Shown here: positions 48,103 through 58,436 of the stretch, in pieces
Layout of the letters: every line of letters starts with the position of its first letter
Position numbering within the stretch: the stretch's first letter is position 1
Assembly (NCBI GenBank): GCA_903910745.1
Contig: CAIWAO010000019.1
Coordinates: 2,018 to 66,017, forward strand
From: an uncultured Burkholderiales bacterium
GTDB taxonomy: Bacteria; Pseudomonadota; Gammaproteobacteria; Burkholderiales; Burkholderiaceae_C
Direction of reading: 5' to 3'
Length of the DNA stretch: 64,000 nt
Notes under the pieces: model-generated
What the model was told of the DNA's origin: nothing
Database searches by the model: none
The model's input: the letters and a program-made list of their open reading frames with translations, nothing else
Translations under genes and position numbers: made by a program

Positions 48103-51100
48103 TTAATTATGCTTTTCTTTTATAAAAAGGGTACAAAGTGCTGGAACCACGACCAACAACATGATGGGCCCAATTAACAATCCACCAACAACCACGGTCG
48201 CCAAAGGCTTTTGAACTTGACTTCCAATGCCATGAGAAATTGCAGCCGGGAATAAGCCTATACAAGCAGACCAGGCGGTCATCAACATGGGTCGCATTCT
48301 TTGACTTGCTGCATGAAACATAGAGTCAATGACGTTTTTATCAGTAGATTTAAATGTTTGATTGAAATACGTTGTCATCAAAATACCGTTCATGATAGTT
48401 ATTCCAAATAGTGAAATAAAACCAATAGCGGCTGAAATACTAAAGTCCAGGCCTGAAACAAATAGTCCTAATATTCCTCCACCAATTGCAAACGGCAAGC
48501 CAGCTAAAACTAAGAAACTATCTCGCCAAGAATTAAATAGACAGAATAAAAGAATCACGATCAGCGACAAACTCAAAGGGACAATTAAGATGAGCCTCGC
48601 TTTTGCCTTTTGTAGATCTTCAAATTCACCAGCCCAAACAATTCTGTAACCTCTAGCCAGAACTATATTTTTTGCAACCAGCTCCTGAGCTTCCTCGACC
48701 GTTCCTCCTAGATCTCGCCCGCGCACGCTGAACTTAATGGGTATAAACCTATCTGTAGATTCATGATAAACATAGGCAACTCCAGTGTCTAATGTGATAT
48801 CAGCCAATTGTCCAAGCGGGATATATGCAACAGTCCCGTTAGCGGTTTGGTATCCAACTTTGAGAAGCTTCACTTTATCAATTTGATTTCTATAAGGCTC
48901 TGCCATCCTTACTGATAAATTGAATTGTCTTGGGCCTTCTAAGACGGTCGTCGCACTTACTCCTGCAAGTCCGGCTTGAATAACAGTATTTATATCCCCT
49001 GTATTCAAACCGTAGCGAGCCGCCTTTTCACGATCAATTTTAATGTTTAAGTTTGGCTGCCCCATAACATTAAAAATCCCCAAATCCTCAACCCCTTTGA
49101 TATCGGTCATTAAATCTCGAATTTGGACAGCATATTTTTCTAGTTCTTCCAAGTTGGGCCCAACAACTTTCACCGAATTAGCCCCCTTAACTCCAGACAA
49201 AGACTCCTCTACGTTGTCTTGAATGTACTGAGAGAAATTAAAAACGATACCTGGCAATTCATCATTAAATTCTTGTTGAATTTTCTTGACCAGATCCTCT
49301 TTCTTCTCACCTCTGGGCCATTCATCGTAAGGCTTTAAAGGTACAAAAAGTTCAACGTTTGAAAATGGTGAAGCATCACTACCGTTGTCTGGACGCCCGT
49401 GTTGGGACACCACAGTTAAGACCTCATCTTTATGACGTAATATGATTTCTCTCATCTTATTCGCAGTAGGAGTACCCGCATCTAAGGACATTGTCATCGG
49501 CATTGCTGCGCGGATCCACAAATTTCCCTCTTCCAACGCCGGCAAAAACTCAGAACCTAATCTGCTGGCTAGAAATATTGAAATCGCCATAAATACAAAA
49601 CCAATACTAATGATTTGCCTTCTGTTTTGAAGCGACCAATGTAGAACTGGCTCATAAATTTTTCTAAGTTTTACAACTATAAAAGTCTCTACTTCTTCTA
49701 TATGATTTGGCAGCATTAAAGATGCTAATACGGGAGTAATTGTGAAAGTAGCCAATAACGCGCCAGATAATGCGTATGCATAAGTCTTGGCCATGGGGCT
49801 GAAAATCTGACCTTCAACACCTTGCATGGTGAACAATGGAATAAATGCTGCGACCGTGATAGCAACTGAAAATAAAACAGCTTTATCTACTTGACAGGCA
49901 CTTATGAAAATAATTTTTAATCGATCAGTCCACGGTGGAGTTAATTCACCATCACCGTCCCCAATAGAGGGATCCAGATTGAGTTTTCCTGCAGCAAAAT
50001 CCTGTAGTAACTCTTTTTGGTTGCTTTGAAAATTTCTAAAAATATTCTCTACAAGGATGACAGCGGAATCGACAATAATCCCAAAGTCAACGGCTCCAAT
50101 GGATAACAGATTAGCGTCTTCGTCTCTTAGAACTAAAATAATGATGCTAAACAAGAGTGCAAATGGAATATTCACACCAACAATTACGGCACTGCGAAAG
50201 TCTCCTAAAAATATCCATTGAATAAAGAAAACAAGCAAACAACCAAAGATCAAATTTTCAAGAACAGTGTGAGTTGTGATACCTACCAAACCTGATCGGT
50301 CGTAGTAAGAGATAATTTTCACTCCTTTGGGTAAACTTCCATCTGTATTTATAGCATCTATCATTTGCCTTACTTTGGGAATCATATTCTTAGTATGCTG
50401 ATTACGAGACATCACCACAATTGCAGCGACTACATCATCATCAGTATCCCTTCCAGCAATTCCAAGCCTTGGGACATAGCCCACAACCACCTTGCCAATG
50501 TCCTTCACCCTAACGGGTATACCGTTGTTTTGAGCAAGTACAACATTTTCAATATCTTTGGTTTGCCTTCCTTTGGCAATCTCGTCATCTCCTCCTGTAT
50601 TGATTAAACCAACGCCTCGGATATTTACGGATTGTTGTCCGAAGTCTATTTCCCGCCCACCCACGTTTAAATTTGAGTTTCCAAGGGCCGTTACTATTTG
50701 TGGGATCGTTACATTAAATGCTTGTAATTTTGGTAATTCCACCTGTACCTGAAATTCTTTTGTAGTCCCCCCCCAACTGTTTACCTGAACGATTCCAGGG
50801 ATAGTGGTCAACCTTCTAGTTATTATCCAGTCCTGAACTGTTCGAAGATTGGTGATACCGAATTCTTTAGGACCTACAACCTCGTATCTATAAATTTCAC
50901 CCACCAAACTGGATTGTTGAATAGTTGGCACTAAATTATTTGGCAAATGAACGTTTTGCTGCAGACTCAAGCCAGCCTGCGCGTAGGCAAAAAAGAAGTC
51001 AACCCCGTATTTAAAAGTTACCCGTACGAAGGACAATCCATAAAAAGAAGTTGACCGGATATTATCAATATCAGGAGTAGGATACAAACCAATTTCCATT

Positions 51101-51303
51101 GGAATCGTATAGTACTTTTCCATCTCCTCTGCAGAAAGTCCAGGCGCTTGAGCTGTTATCTCCAAGATAACTGGAGCGGGGTTGGGATAGGCCTCAATGT
51201 TTAGCTTTGTAAAAGCCATTAGGCCGGCACACACAAATACCAATAACCCCAGCATGATAATCGGGCGACGGGATAAACCAAAAGCAATGAGAGACTTAAT
51301 CAC
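48103..51303 (-). CDS. heavy-metal-efflux (HME) RND transporter permease, CzcA/CusA-like
   Basis: 1066 aa. TM4 motif DFGIIVDSAVILVEN (HME signature DFG-x3-D-x-A-x3-VEN) and a CzcA-like N-terminus. Confidence 0.9.
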   Translation of the reverse strand: MIKSLIAFGLSRRPIIMLGLLVFVCAGLMAFTKLNIEAYPNPAPVILEITAQAPGLSAEEMEKYYTIPMEIGLYPTPDIDNIRSTSFYGLSFVRVTFKYGVDFFFAYAQAGLSLQQNVHLPNNLVPTIQQSSLVGEIYRYEVVGPKEFGITNLRTVQDWIITRRLTTIPGIVQVNSWGGTTKEFQVQVELPKLQAFNVTIPQIVTALGNSNLNVGGREIDFGQQSVNIRGVGLINTGGDDEIAKGRQTKDIENVVLAQNNGIPVRVKDIGKVVVGYVPRLGIAGRDTDDDVVAAIVVMSRNQHTKNMIPKVRQMIDAINTDGSLPKGVKIISYYDRSGLVGITTHTVLENLIFGCLLVFFIQWIFLGDFRSAVIVGVNIPFALLFSIIILVLRDEDANLLSIGAVDFGIIVDSAVILVENIFRNFQSNQKELLQDFAAGKLNLDPSIGDGDGELTPPWTDRLKIIFISACQVDKAVLFSVAITVAAFIPLFTMQGVEGQIFSPMAKTYAYALSGALLATFTITPVLASLMLPNHIEEVETFIVVKLRKIYEPVLHWSLQNRRQIISIGFVFMAISIFLASRLGSEFLPALEEGNLWIRAAMPMTMSLDAGTPTANKMREIILRHKDEVLTVVSQHGRPDNGSDASPFSNVELFVPLKPYDEWPRGEKKEDLVKKIQQEFNDELPGIVFNFSQYIQDNVEESLSGVKGANSVKVVGPNLEELEKYAVQIRDLMTDIKGVEDLGIFNVMGQPNLNIKIDREKAARYGLNTGDINTVIQAGLAGVSATTVLEGPRQFNLSVRMAEPYRNQIDKVKLLKVGYQTANGTVAYIPLGQLADITLDTGVAYVYHESTDRFIPIKFSVRGRDLGGTVEEAQELVAKNIVLARGYRIVWAGEFEDLQKAKARLILIVPLSLSLIVILLFCLFNSWRDSFLVLAGLPFAIGGGILGLFVSGLDFSISAAIGFISLFGITIMNGILMTTYFNQTFKSTDKNVIDSMFHAASQRMRPMLMTAWSACIGLFPAAISHGIGSQVQKPLATVVVGGLLIGPIMLLVVVPALCTLFIKEKHN

Positions 51304-51367
51304 AGGAATTTCTTTGATGTATTGTGAATGAAAAAAACTTTAAAAAATCTAGAAACAGCAAGCAATT

Positions 51368-52600
51368 TCATTTATCAATAGTTAACATGTTGCTCAAGAA
51401 AATAGCCCCCGTAGTAACTATTTTCTCCCCTTCATTGATACCGTTTGTAATTTGCACCAAACCATTGGTTTCCATTCCAACAGTTACAGTTTTCTTGACC
51501 ATATGGTGGCCATCCTGTGTTGTCCATACAGACAAACTTCCGTCCCCCTCCCTAACAATCCCCGCCTCTGGTACTCCTACCCCCTTAACCGTCTTATCAC
51601 CTTTAATAAGGTAAGTTGCATACATTCCCGATCTAAGTATTTTCTTAGGATCATTTACATCGGCTCTGACCGAAACAGTTCGAGTATTTTGATCAACCAA
51701 GGAGGAGATGACTTTTATTTTCCCTTTGAAAGATTCGTTAGGAAGTGCTGTGACGTTAACCTCAAGCTCCTGTCCAACCCTTAGCTTGGTACTGTCTTCT
51801 TCGGAGACATTTACGATTAGCCATTTGTTTACTAAATCTGCAACAACGAAAGGAGCTGGTGTATTGCCTGGTTGAACCAATAATCCGGGCTGTGCATTAC
51901 GTGAGACGATTTGTCCATTAATAGGACTTAAAACCACTAAAACAGAATCAATCTTCTTTTCATTCTCTATTTTTTGAATTTCTGCACTGGACTTTCCAAA
52001 AATTCGCACTCCCTCCCTAGCCGCTTTGACCGCAGCCTCAGCTGAGTTTTGTTCGGTAATATTTTGCTCCAATTCCTTTAATGAAATTGAACGCGCTGCA
52101 TAAAGCTCCTTGGCCCTGTTCAATGTAGCTACGGACTGATCGAACACACCCTTAGCTGAAAGTAAAGTCGACTCAGCCTGGGCTAGATCAGAGCTCTCTA
52201 CGGTGTAAAGTGGTTGTCCTTTACTTACAACGTCTCCAACATCTGAAAAAGTCTGAATGATTTTCCCTTGATAGGGAGTAAAAACTTGAACAGATGCATT
52301 CTCATTGAAATCAATACTCCCATAAGCTGAAAATTTATCAACAAAATTAGCAAACGTTGCTTGCTTTAACCCCAAGCCAGAAATTTGTTTATCATTTAAA
52401 TCAACATAATTTATTTCCGCGGTGGCCTGCGGTTTCTCGACCTTTTTTTCCTCTGTTTTTTGGCAGGAGGTTAATCCAAACATCAAAGCAACTAAAATCG
52501 AGTTAAAAGCTATGAAGAATGATTTATTTTTCCACGGCATTAGAGCTGAAGTCAAAGATGAATGGTTAACAAATTCAGTTTGATATTTTGAGGAATTCAT
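51368..52600 (-). CDS. RND efflux periplasmic adaptor (membrane fusion protein)
   Basis: 410 aa. Signal/lipobox-like LTSC, with a lipoyl/hairpin/beta-barrel MFP pattern. Confidence 0.85.
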   Translation of the reverse strand: MNSSKYQTEFVNHSSLTSALMPWKNKSFFIAFNSILVALMFGLTSCQKTEEKKVEKPQATAEINYVDLNDKQISGLGLKQATFANFVDKFSAYGSIDFNENASVQVFTPYQGKIIQTFSDVGDVVSKGQPLYTVESSDLAQAESTLLSAKGVFDQSVATLNRAKELYAARSISLKELEQNITEQNSAEAAVKAAREGVRIFGKSSAEIQKIENEKKIDSVLVVLSPINGQIVSRNAQPGLLVQPGNTPAPFVVADLVNKWLIVNVSEEDSTKLRVGQELEVNVTALPNESFKGKIKVISSLVDQNTRTVSVRADVNDPKKILRSGMYATYLIKGDKTVKGVGVPEAGIVREGDGSLSVWTTQDGHHMVKKTVTVGMETNGLVQITNGINEGEKIVTTGAIFLSNMLTIDK

Positions 52601-52948
52601 GTTGCAATTAAATTTTTATATAAGGCATTCATAGAAAATAAAACAAATAATGTTTTTCCACTATAAAACCTAATTTATCCGGGCAATTTTATTTTTGAAG
52701 TTCTCGGATTCTATGGAGATAATGCTTAATTTAAGCTTAAAAAATCAATTTTTTAGTATAAAAGGTAAATATTATTACCCCCAAAAATATTAATACTATG
52801 ATAGTAATTTTAAAATTCGAGTCAGAATTTAATTAGATCCCTAATATTTCAATAATATTACACAATCAAACTTGCATAAATACAGTTTTTAAATCACAAT
52901 TTTTTACTACAAGGTTCACAAAAAATGCTCTCAATTTTTGAGAATTTC

Positions 52949-53695
52949 ATGAAGAAGTTCATTTACTTACTCTTATTTATCTCCTCATTTGCATATGCTG
53001 CCTCTGAGGAAATTCAGGTCTATACGGACGACAAAGAAGAGGCCGGGCAGATGAGTATTGACTGGCACAACAATTACGTCATAACTGGGCGATCCAAGCC
53101 GGAGTATCTGGGCGAACAAGCTCCCCACCATATTTACAGACTCACGCCAGAGTTCAATCTAGGACTGACAGACACACTCGAGTTGGGAATTTATCTTTTA
53201 TCAACACGAAACACAGATGGCCAGTGGAATGGGGACGGATTTAAAGTCAGGCTTAAATACATTGCACCTCACGCTGAAGAGGGTATGTATTGGGGGCTAA
53301 ATTTTGAAACCGGAAAACAATCACTAGCAGTTTCTCAGTATCCGCGAGATGCTCAGCTCAAAGCCATTTTGGGATGGAATCTTGGTAATTGGAATATTGC
53401 ATTTAATTTGAATACCGACGGAACCTTTAACTCAGGCGCAGGAGTTCCCACGGAGGACTTAGACTTTAAGGTAAGCTACAAGGTGGCCGAGAAGACTCAG
53501 ATTGGACTTGAGAGCTACAACGAACTTGGCGCATACAACCATTTTGATGGCTTCAACAATACCAGCAAAGTCATCTATGCAGTAATCGACTCAGAGGTTT
53601 TGGGACATGAATTTAACGCCGGGATTGGACACGGTATGAATGATCAGTCAGATAAATGGGTTGTGAAATTTATAATCAATTCTAAATTCTGGTAA
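52949..53695 (+). CDS. small outer-membrane beta-barrel protein (unknown family)
   Basis: Signal peptide MKKFIYLLLFISSFAYA, alternating amphipathic strands, C-terminal ...INSKFW aromatic terminus. The track ORF starts at 52925. Confidence 0.6.
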   Translation: MKKFIYLLLFISSFAYAASEEIQVYTDDKEEAGQMSIDWHNNYVITGRSKPEYLGEQAPHHIYRLTPEFNLGLTDTLELGIYLLSTRNTDGQWNGDGFKVRLKYIAPHAEEGMYWGLNFETGKQSLAVSQYPRDAQLKAILGWNLGNWNIAFNLNTDGTFNSGAGVPTEDLDFKVSYKVAEKTQIGLESYNELGAYNHFDGFNNTSKVIYAVIDSEVLGHEFNAGIGHGMNDQSDKWVVKFIINSKFW

Positions 53696-53702
53696 ACCAA
53701 AT

Positions 53703-55019
53703 TTACATTTGTATATGACCATATAACCAGGGCATTTTTAGTAGCTTTTCTCCAAGCAACTTTAGCGAAATATTTCTTGCTACTGCTAAGGCACGATCTG
53801 CATGGAAAACTTTTTGATTTAACAGTGCGCGCTTTTGAACCATAGCATTTCTTTGCCAACGAGACTTTGAGTATTGATTTAGATTAATATTTGCGCCTAA
53901 ATTAGGATTTATTTTGTATTGAATTCCCAAGGCATTGGCATCCTCAATCGCCATACCCGCTCCCTGAGCAAGGTAGGGTAACATCGGATGCGCAGCATCG
54001 CCGAGTAATGCGACAGAGCCTTGAGCCATTTGTAGATGAGTGACAAGTGGCTCGCTTGTCATAATTGGCCATGCTCGCCAAGATCCAAGTGCAAGTATCG
54101 AATCCCTTAACTCAGAGCAGCATTTTTGCAATATGTCTTGGAAAAAAAATCTTAACTGATTTTGATCTAACGGAACATCCCAGCTTAATAAATTTGACTT
54201 TGAAAGGGAGTAGTGAGAATGATTTTGTATTTTTCTAGAGTCAACAAATAAAACTGAATTTAACCACTCCCCCCCTCTGACCGGATACTGCACAAGGTGC
54301 ATATGAGGTCCTAGCCAAACCCGAACAGAGTCAAGTCTTAATTGACTTGGCAGTGATTTTTGTGAAATTAATGAACGATATGCCAAGTCCCCAGAGAACT
54401 CGACATTTGCTAGGAGCTGCGGTGAAGCTTTTTGGATAGGTGCTGTCTTAGTTAATGCATGGTTTAATATATAACGCACCCGACTCCAAACACCATCGGC
54501 GCCAATCAATGCATCATAACCAATTTGTTTATTTTGTCCGATTGATAATTTTTGTGTGGGCTCTGAGTTCTCACAAAAATTAACATTTACTCCTTCTTTA
54601 GTCTCCTCAAAATACTCCAACTCATGGCCCAGTGTTATCTCAGCAATTTCATGTTTAATAACGTGAGAGTAGAGTAGGGAATGAAGGTCAGCTCTATGCA
54701 GAGTTAGATAAGGCGCCCCGTATTGCTCTTTAAAGTTTGCTCCTAATCGCATACTAGCTAACTCAACTCCACTTAAAGCACTTTTGACGTGCAATTGATC
54801 AGGCTCATAAGCTAATTCTTTTAATTCTGCCTCTAGCCCCCAACGTATCAATATACGAGTTGCATTAGGCCCCAACTGTATTCCAGCACCCACTTCAGAT
54901 ATTTTTGAAGACTTCTCAGCTATTGTGATGCTGTGATTGCGGTTAGAAGACCTCCCCCCCAGAGCAATTGCTGCGCAAAGCCCCCCTATTCCAGCGCCGG
55001 CTATCAAAATCTCAGACAT
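53703..55019 (-). CDS. FAD-dependent aromatic-ring-type monooxygenase (salicylate hydroxylase/HpxO-like family)
   Basis: 438 aa. GAGIGGL, GADGVWSRVR, LLGDAAHPMLPYLAQGAGMAIEDA. Confidence 0.8.
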   Translation of the reverse strand: MSEILIAGAGIGGLCAAIALGGRSSNRNHSITIAEKSSKISEVGAGIQLGPNATRILIRWGLEAELKELAYEPDQLHVKSALSGVELASMRLGANFKEQYGAPYLTLHRADLHSLLYSHVIKHEIAEITLGHELEYFEETKEGVNVNFCENSEPTQKLSIGQNKQIGYDALIGADGVWSRVRYILNHALTKTAPIQKASPQLLANVEFSGDLAYRSLISQKSLPSQLRLDSVRVWLGPHMHLVQYPVRGGEWLNSVLFVDSRKIQNHSHYSLSKSNLLSWDVPLDQNQLRFFFQDILQKCCSELRDSILALGSWRAWPIMTSEPLVTHLQMAQGSVALLGDAAHPMLPYLAQGAGMAIEDANALGIQYKINPNLGANINLNQYSKSRWQRNAMVQKRALLNQKVFHADRALAVARNISLKLLGEKLLKMPWLYGHIQM

Positions 55020-55060
55020 GTGTGAACACAGTGGTTGGTGTAGTTAGGAAAATCTCAGAT

Positions 55061-56110
55061 TCAATCGTTTTCAATAAAACTCTCAAAACATAACTTCAAA
55101 GCATGAAACCACTTTTCTTTTTGCTCTGTGCTTGCAAAGCTTGCCTCAAAGCTGTTTCGCGCAAACGCATATGCTTGGCTTGTTCCTAAACCAAGTGCAG
55201 AAAAAGTTTCAAGGAAATTTTGATTGATATATCCGCCAAAATAAGCGGGGTCATCTGAATTAATTGTCACGCAAAGACCTTGATCTAACATTTGACCAAT
55301 ATTATGGTCTGATAGTTTTGAGAACACTTTGAGCTTGACATTTGATAGAGGGCAAACCGTTAAGGGCAGGCGCTTATCGGATAAATATTTTATAAGTGCA
55401 GGATCTCCAAGAGACTGAACTCCATGATCAATACGTTCTACACCTAAGCTCTCCAGTGCAGACCAAATGTAGGAAGTTGGTCCTTCCTCTCCTGCGTGAG
55501 CAACCAAACGCAGTCCCAGCCCCTTACATTTTGCAAATACCTTTGCAAACTTCTCAGGAGGATGACCCAATTCACTGGAGTCCAAACCCACACCAATGAA
55601 TTGATCCCTAAAAGGCAAGGCCTCATCTAAAGTTAAAAGCGCCTCTTCCTCGCTTAAATGTCTTAGAAAACACAATATCAATGCAGATGATATATTGAGC
55701 TTCTCGGAAGCCTCCCTACAAGCACGACTCAAACCTCCCATAATTGTGCTCATTGCAATGCCGCGAGAAGTGTGAGTTTGGGGATCAAAGAAGAGCTCGG
55801 CGTGAACAACGTTGTCTCGAGAGGCTTTTAAGAAATATTCCCAGGCCATATCATAAAAATCTTCTTCCTTGATCAGTACGCTTGCACCTGCGTAGTAAAT
55901 ATCAAGAAAGCTTTGTAAATTTGTAAACGCATATGCCCCCCTCAACTCCTCAACTGATGAGTAGGGTAGATTCACTTGATTACGCTTTGCTAGTTTAAAT
56001 ATTAGCTCAGGCTCAAGAGAGCCTTCAATATGAATATGTAACTCTGCCTTAGGCATAGCTTTAAGTAATTCAGGTAATCGATTTTCTGAAACGGCGTTGG
56101 CTTTGTACAT
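55061..56110 (-). CDS. adenine/adenosine deaminase family protein (adenine deaminase type 2-like)
   Basis: 349 aa. LPKAELHIHIEGSLEPEL metal-binding HxH motif, HAGE, SDDPAYFG. Confidence 0.85.
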   Translation of the reverse strand: MYKANAVSENRLPELLKAMPKAELHIHIEGSLEPELIFKLAKRNQVNLPYSSVEELRGAYAFTNLQSFLDIYYAGASVLIKEEDFYDMAWEYFLKASRDNVVHAELFFDPQTHTSRGIAMSTIMGGLSRACREASEKLNISSALILCFLRHLSEEEALLTLDEALPFRDQFIGVGLDSSELGHPPEKFAKVFAKCKGLGLRLVAHAGEEGPTSYIWSALESLGVERIDHGVQSLGDPALIKYLSDKRLPLTVCPLSNVKLKVFSKLSDHNIGQMLDQGLCVTINSDDPAYFGGYINQNFLETFSALGLGTSQAYAFARNSFEASFASTEQKEKWFHALKLCFESFIEND

Positions 56111-56260
56111 AACTCAGTAGGCTAAAAAATTAGGATTGTTACAGTTTAACGCTGATTCAATTGGGTATACAAGGTCGTTTCTAAAGAGTTTTAGATTTAA
56201 TAGGATTTACAAAAATATTCACGCAATACTTAAAAGCTCTAAATTCTCAATCCCCATTAA

Positions 56261-56295
56261 AAATGCCCTTGAATTCAATGAATCCAAGGGCATTT
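56261..56295 (-). terminator. rho-independent terminator after the BMP transporter operon
   Basis: Perfect 11-bp stem AAATGCCCTTG / CAAGGGCATTT, running into TTTTTAAT on the minus strand. Confidence 0.6.
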
Positions 56296-56343
56296 AGAGA
56301 ACCATACCCTAAAACCTACACGGGCTTTTGGGCTAGTACTTGA

Positions 56344-57480
56344 TTATTTTTTATCGCCACCGGGTACTTTGCCTTCAACACCTTTGACGTAGAAATTGAT
56401 ACCTGACAAAAATTTGTCATCAGCAACTTCGTCCGCTTTCAAAATCGGCTTTCCTGTGTTGTCAACAATTGGGCCTTTCCAAATTGCGAATGATCCATCT
56501 GTTAAACCTTTTTTAACTTCATCGATCTTGGCTTTCGTATCTGCTGGAACGTCTTCAGCGATAGAAACAATATCAATTGCTCCTTCTTTCACGCCCCACC
56601 AAGAATGTCCCCCACCTTGCCATTTACCCTCTAAAGCGTCCTTGGTAGCTTTAATGTAGTATGGGCCCCAGTTAATAACGGAGGAAGCCAAATGGGCTTT
56701 AGGTCCGTAAGCTGTCATATCTGAATCCCAACCAAACGCGCGCTTACCTTTAGACTCAGCAGTTTTGAGAACTGCAGGAGAGTCAGTGTTTTGGAACAGC
56801 ACATCAGCCCCGCCATTTATCAAAGAAGTGGCCGCCTCAGTTTCTTTTGGTGGATTGAACCATTCATTAACCCAAACCACCTTGGTCTTGATTTTAGGAT
56901 TGCTGGATTGTGCTCCCAATGTGAAACTGTTGATATTGCGGATAACTTCAGGAATTGGCACTGATGCTACAACACCTAAAACATTGCTCTTAGTCATCTT
57001 ACCTGCAATAACACCGGCCATGTAAGCACCCTCGTAGGTACGACTATCGTAAGTCCTCATGTTCTCGGCTTGTTTATACCCAGTAGCATGCTCAAACTTA
57101 ACATCCTTAAAGTCTGCAGATACTTTAAGCATGGGTTCCATATAACCAAACGTTGTACCAAATATAAGCTTATTGCCTTGTGTTGCCATATCGCGAATCA
57201 CCCGCTCAGCGTCGGCTGATTCGGGAACGTTTTCAACAAAAGAAGTTGTAATCTTATCTCCCAACTCTTTTTCTAATGCTTTACGACCGTTGTCATGCGC
57301 AAAAGTCCATCCACCATCACCTACTGGTCCGATATAGGCAAATGCAATTTTTAATGGCTCAGCCTTTGCTGCGCTAGCAGGAGCTGCCTCCTCTTTCTTA
57401 CCGCATGCAACCAAGGCTGCTGCGGCTACTGCTAATACAGTCGCTGATTGAATCCATTTACGCTTATACATGTTTGTCAT
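56344..57480 (-). CDS. BMP family (PnrA-like) nucleoside ABC transporter substrate-binding lipoprotein
   Basis: 378 aa. Lipobox LVACG with a Bmp/Med family pattern. Confidence 0.85.
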   Translation of the reverse strand: MTNMYKRKWIQSATVLAVAAAALVACGKKEEAAPASAAKAEPLKIAFAYIGPVGDGGWTFAHDNGRKALEKELGDKITTSFVENVPESADAERVIRDMATQGNKLIFGTTFGYMEPMLKVSADFKDVKFEHATGYKQAENMRTYDSRTYEGAYMAGVIAGKMTKSNVLGVVASVPIPEVIRNINSFTLGAQSSNPKIKTKVVWVNEWFNPPKETEAATSLINGGADVLFQNTDSPAVLKTAESKGKRAFGWDSDMTAYGPKAHLASSVINWGPYYIKATKDALEGKWQGGGHSWWGVKEGAIDIVSIAEDVPADTKAKIDEVKKGLTDGSFAIWKGPIVDNTGKPILKADEVADDKFLSGINFYVKGVEGKVPGGDKK

Positions 57481-57508
57481 TTACATTTCCTTTTAAAAAA
57501 ACAAAAAA

Positions 57509-58429
57509 TCAACTTCCGGGATAAAAAGGTTTTCCAATTGATGCTGGCATATTCACTTTTATCCAGAGTGGATTCCTAGATATCAGTGCAAGAACAACAA
57601 TAGTTGCCAAGTAGGGCAGCATACTGAGCAACTGGCTCGGCACATCTACCCCAATGGATTGAAGGTGAAATTGCAACATCGTCACTCCACCAAATAAATA
57701 CGCCCCTAATAATACTCTCATTGGCTTCCAAGTTGCAAAAGTTGTTAAAGCAAGTGCAATCCACCCCTTTCCCGCGATCATCCCCTCCACCCAAAGAGGA
57801 GTATAGATCAGGGAGATATAAGCTCCGGATAGGCCGCACAAGGCGCCCCCAGCGACCACCGCCCAAAGTCTTATGGATCTTACTTTATACCCTAGCGCGT
57901 GCGCTGACTCAGGAGACTCCCCCACACTGCGCAAAATTAGTCCAAGTCGTGTTTTGTTCAAAAACAACACCAAAACTGCGGCAAAAATAACGACTCCATA
58001 AACTAGCGGGTGTTGTTGAAAAAAAGCGGGACCAATAAAAGGAATATCCTCCAACCCAGGAACTGAGTAATGCACCCTATCCTCTAATTTAGCCTGAACA
58101 TAATTGACCCCAACAAAAGCTGAGAAACCTGCTCCAAATAGGCTCAGAGCCAAACCCGTTGCATATTGATTGGTGTTCAAATAAATAACCAGTAATCCAA
58201 ATATCAAGGCCATAAAGGCACCGGTTCCTGCGCCCGCTAGAAAACCCAAAATATCACTGCCAGTGTGTACGCCAGTTGCAAACCCAGCAATTGCTGCGCA
58301 AAGCATCATGCCCTCAGCCCCTAAATTGACAATACCGGCCTTCTCGTTGAGCAAAAGGCCCAAGGACGCAATAGCAAGCACCGTACCGGCGTTCAATGTA
58401 GAGGCAATCAGCAAAGCATAAGTTTCCAT
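57509..58429 (-). CDS. ABC transporter permease (BMP-type system)
   Basis: 306 aa polytopic protein, adjacent to the BMP binding protein. Confidence 0.85.
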   Translation of the reverse strand: METYALLIASTLNAGTVLAIASLGLLLNEKAGIVNLGAEGMMLCAAIAGFATGVHTGSDILGFLAGAGTGAFMALIFGLLVIYLNTNQYATGLALSLFGAGFSAFVGVNYVQAKLEDRVHYSVPGLEDIPFIGPAFFQQHPLVYGVVIFAAVLVLFLNKTRLGLILRSVGESPESAHALGYKVRSIRLWAVVAGGALCGLSGAYISLIYTPLWVEGMIAGKGWIALALTTFATWKPMRVLLGAYLFGGVTMLQFHLQSIGVDVPSQLLSMLPYLATIVVLALISRNPLWIKVNMPASIGKPFYPGS

Positions 58430-58436
58430 TTGCCTT

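Noticed and set aside
56111-56260. Possible purine riboswitch in front of the adenine deaminase gene (by analogy with add riboswitches)
   Set aside because: I read the minus-strand leader and found none of the conserved purine-riboswitch elements (UAUA...GGAUAUGG...GUUUCUACC...CCGUAAA...GACUA).
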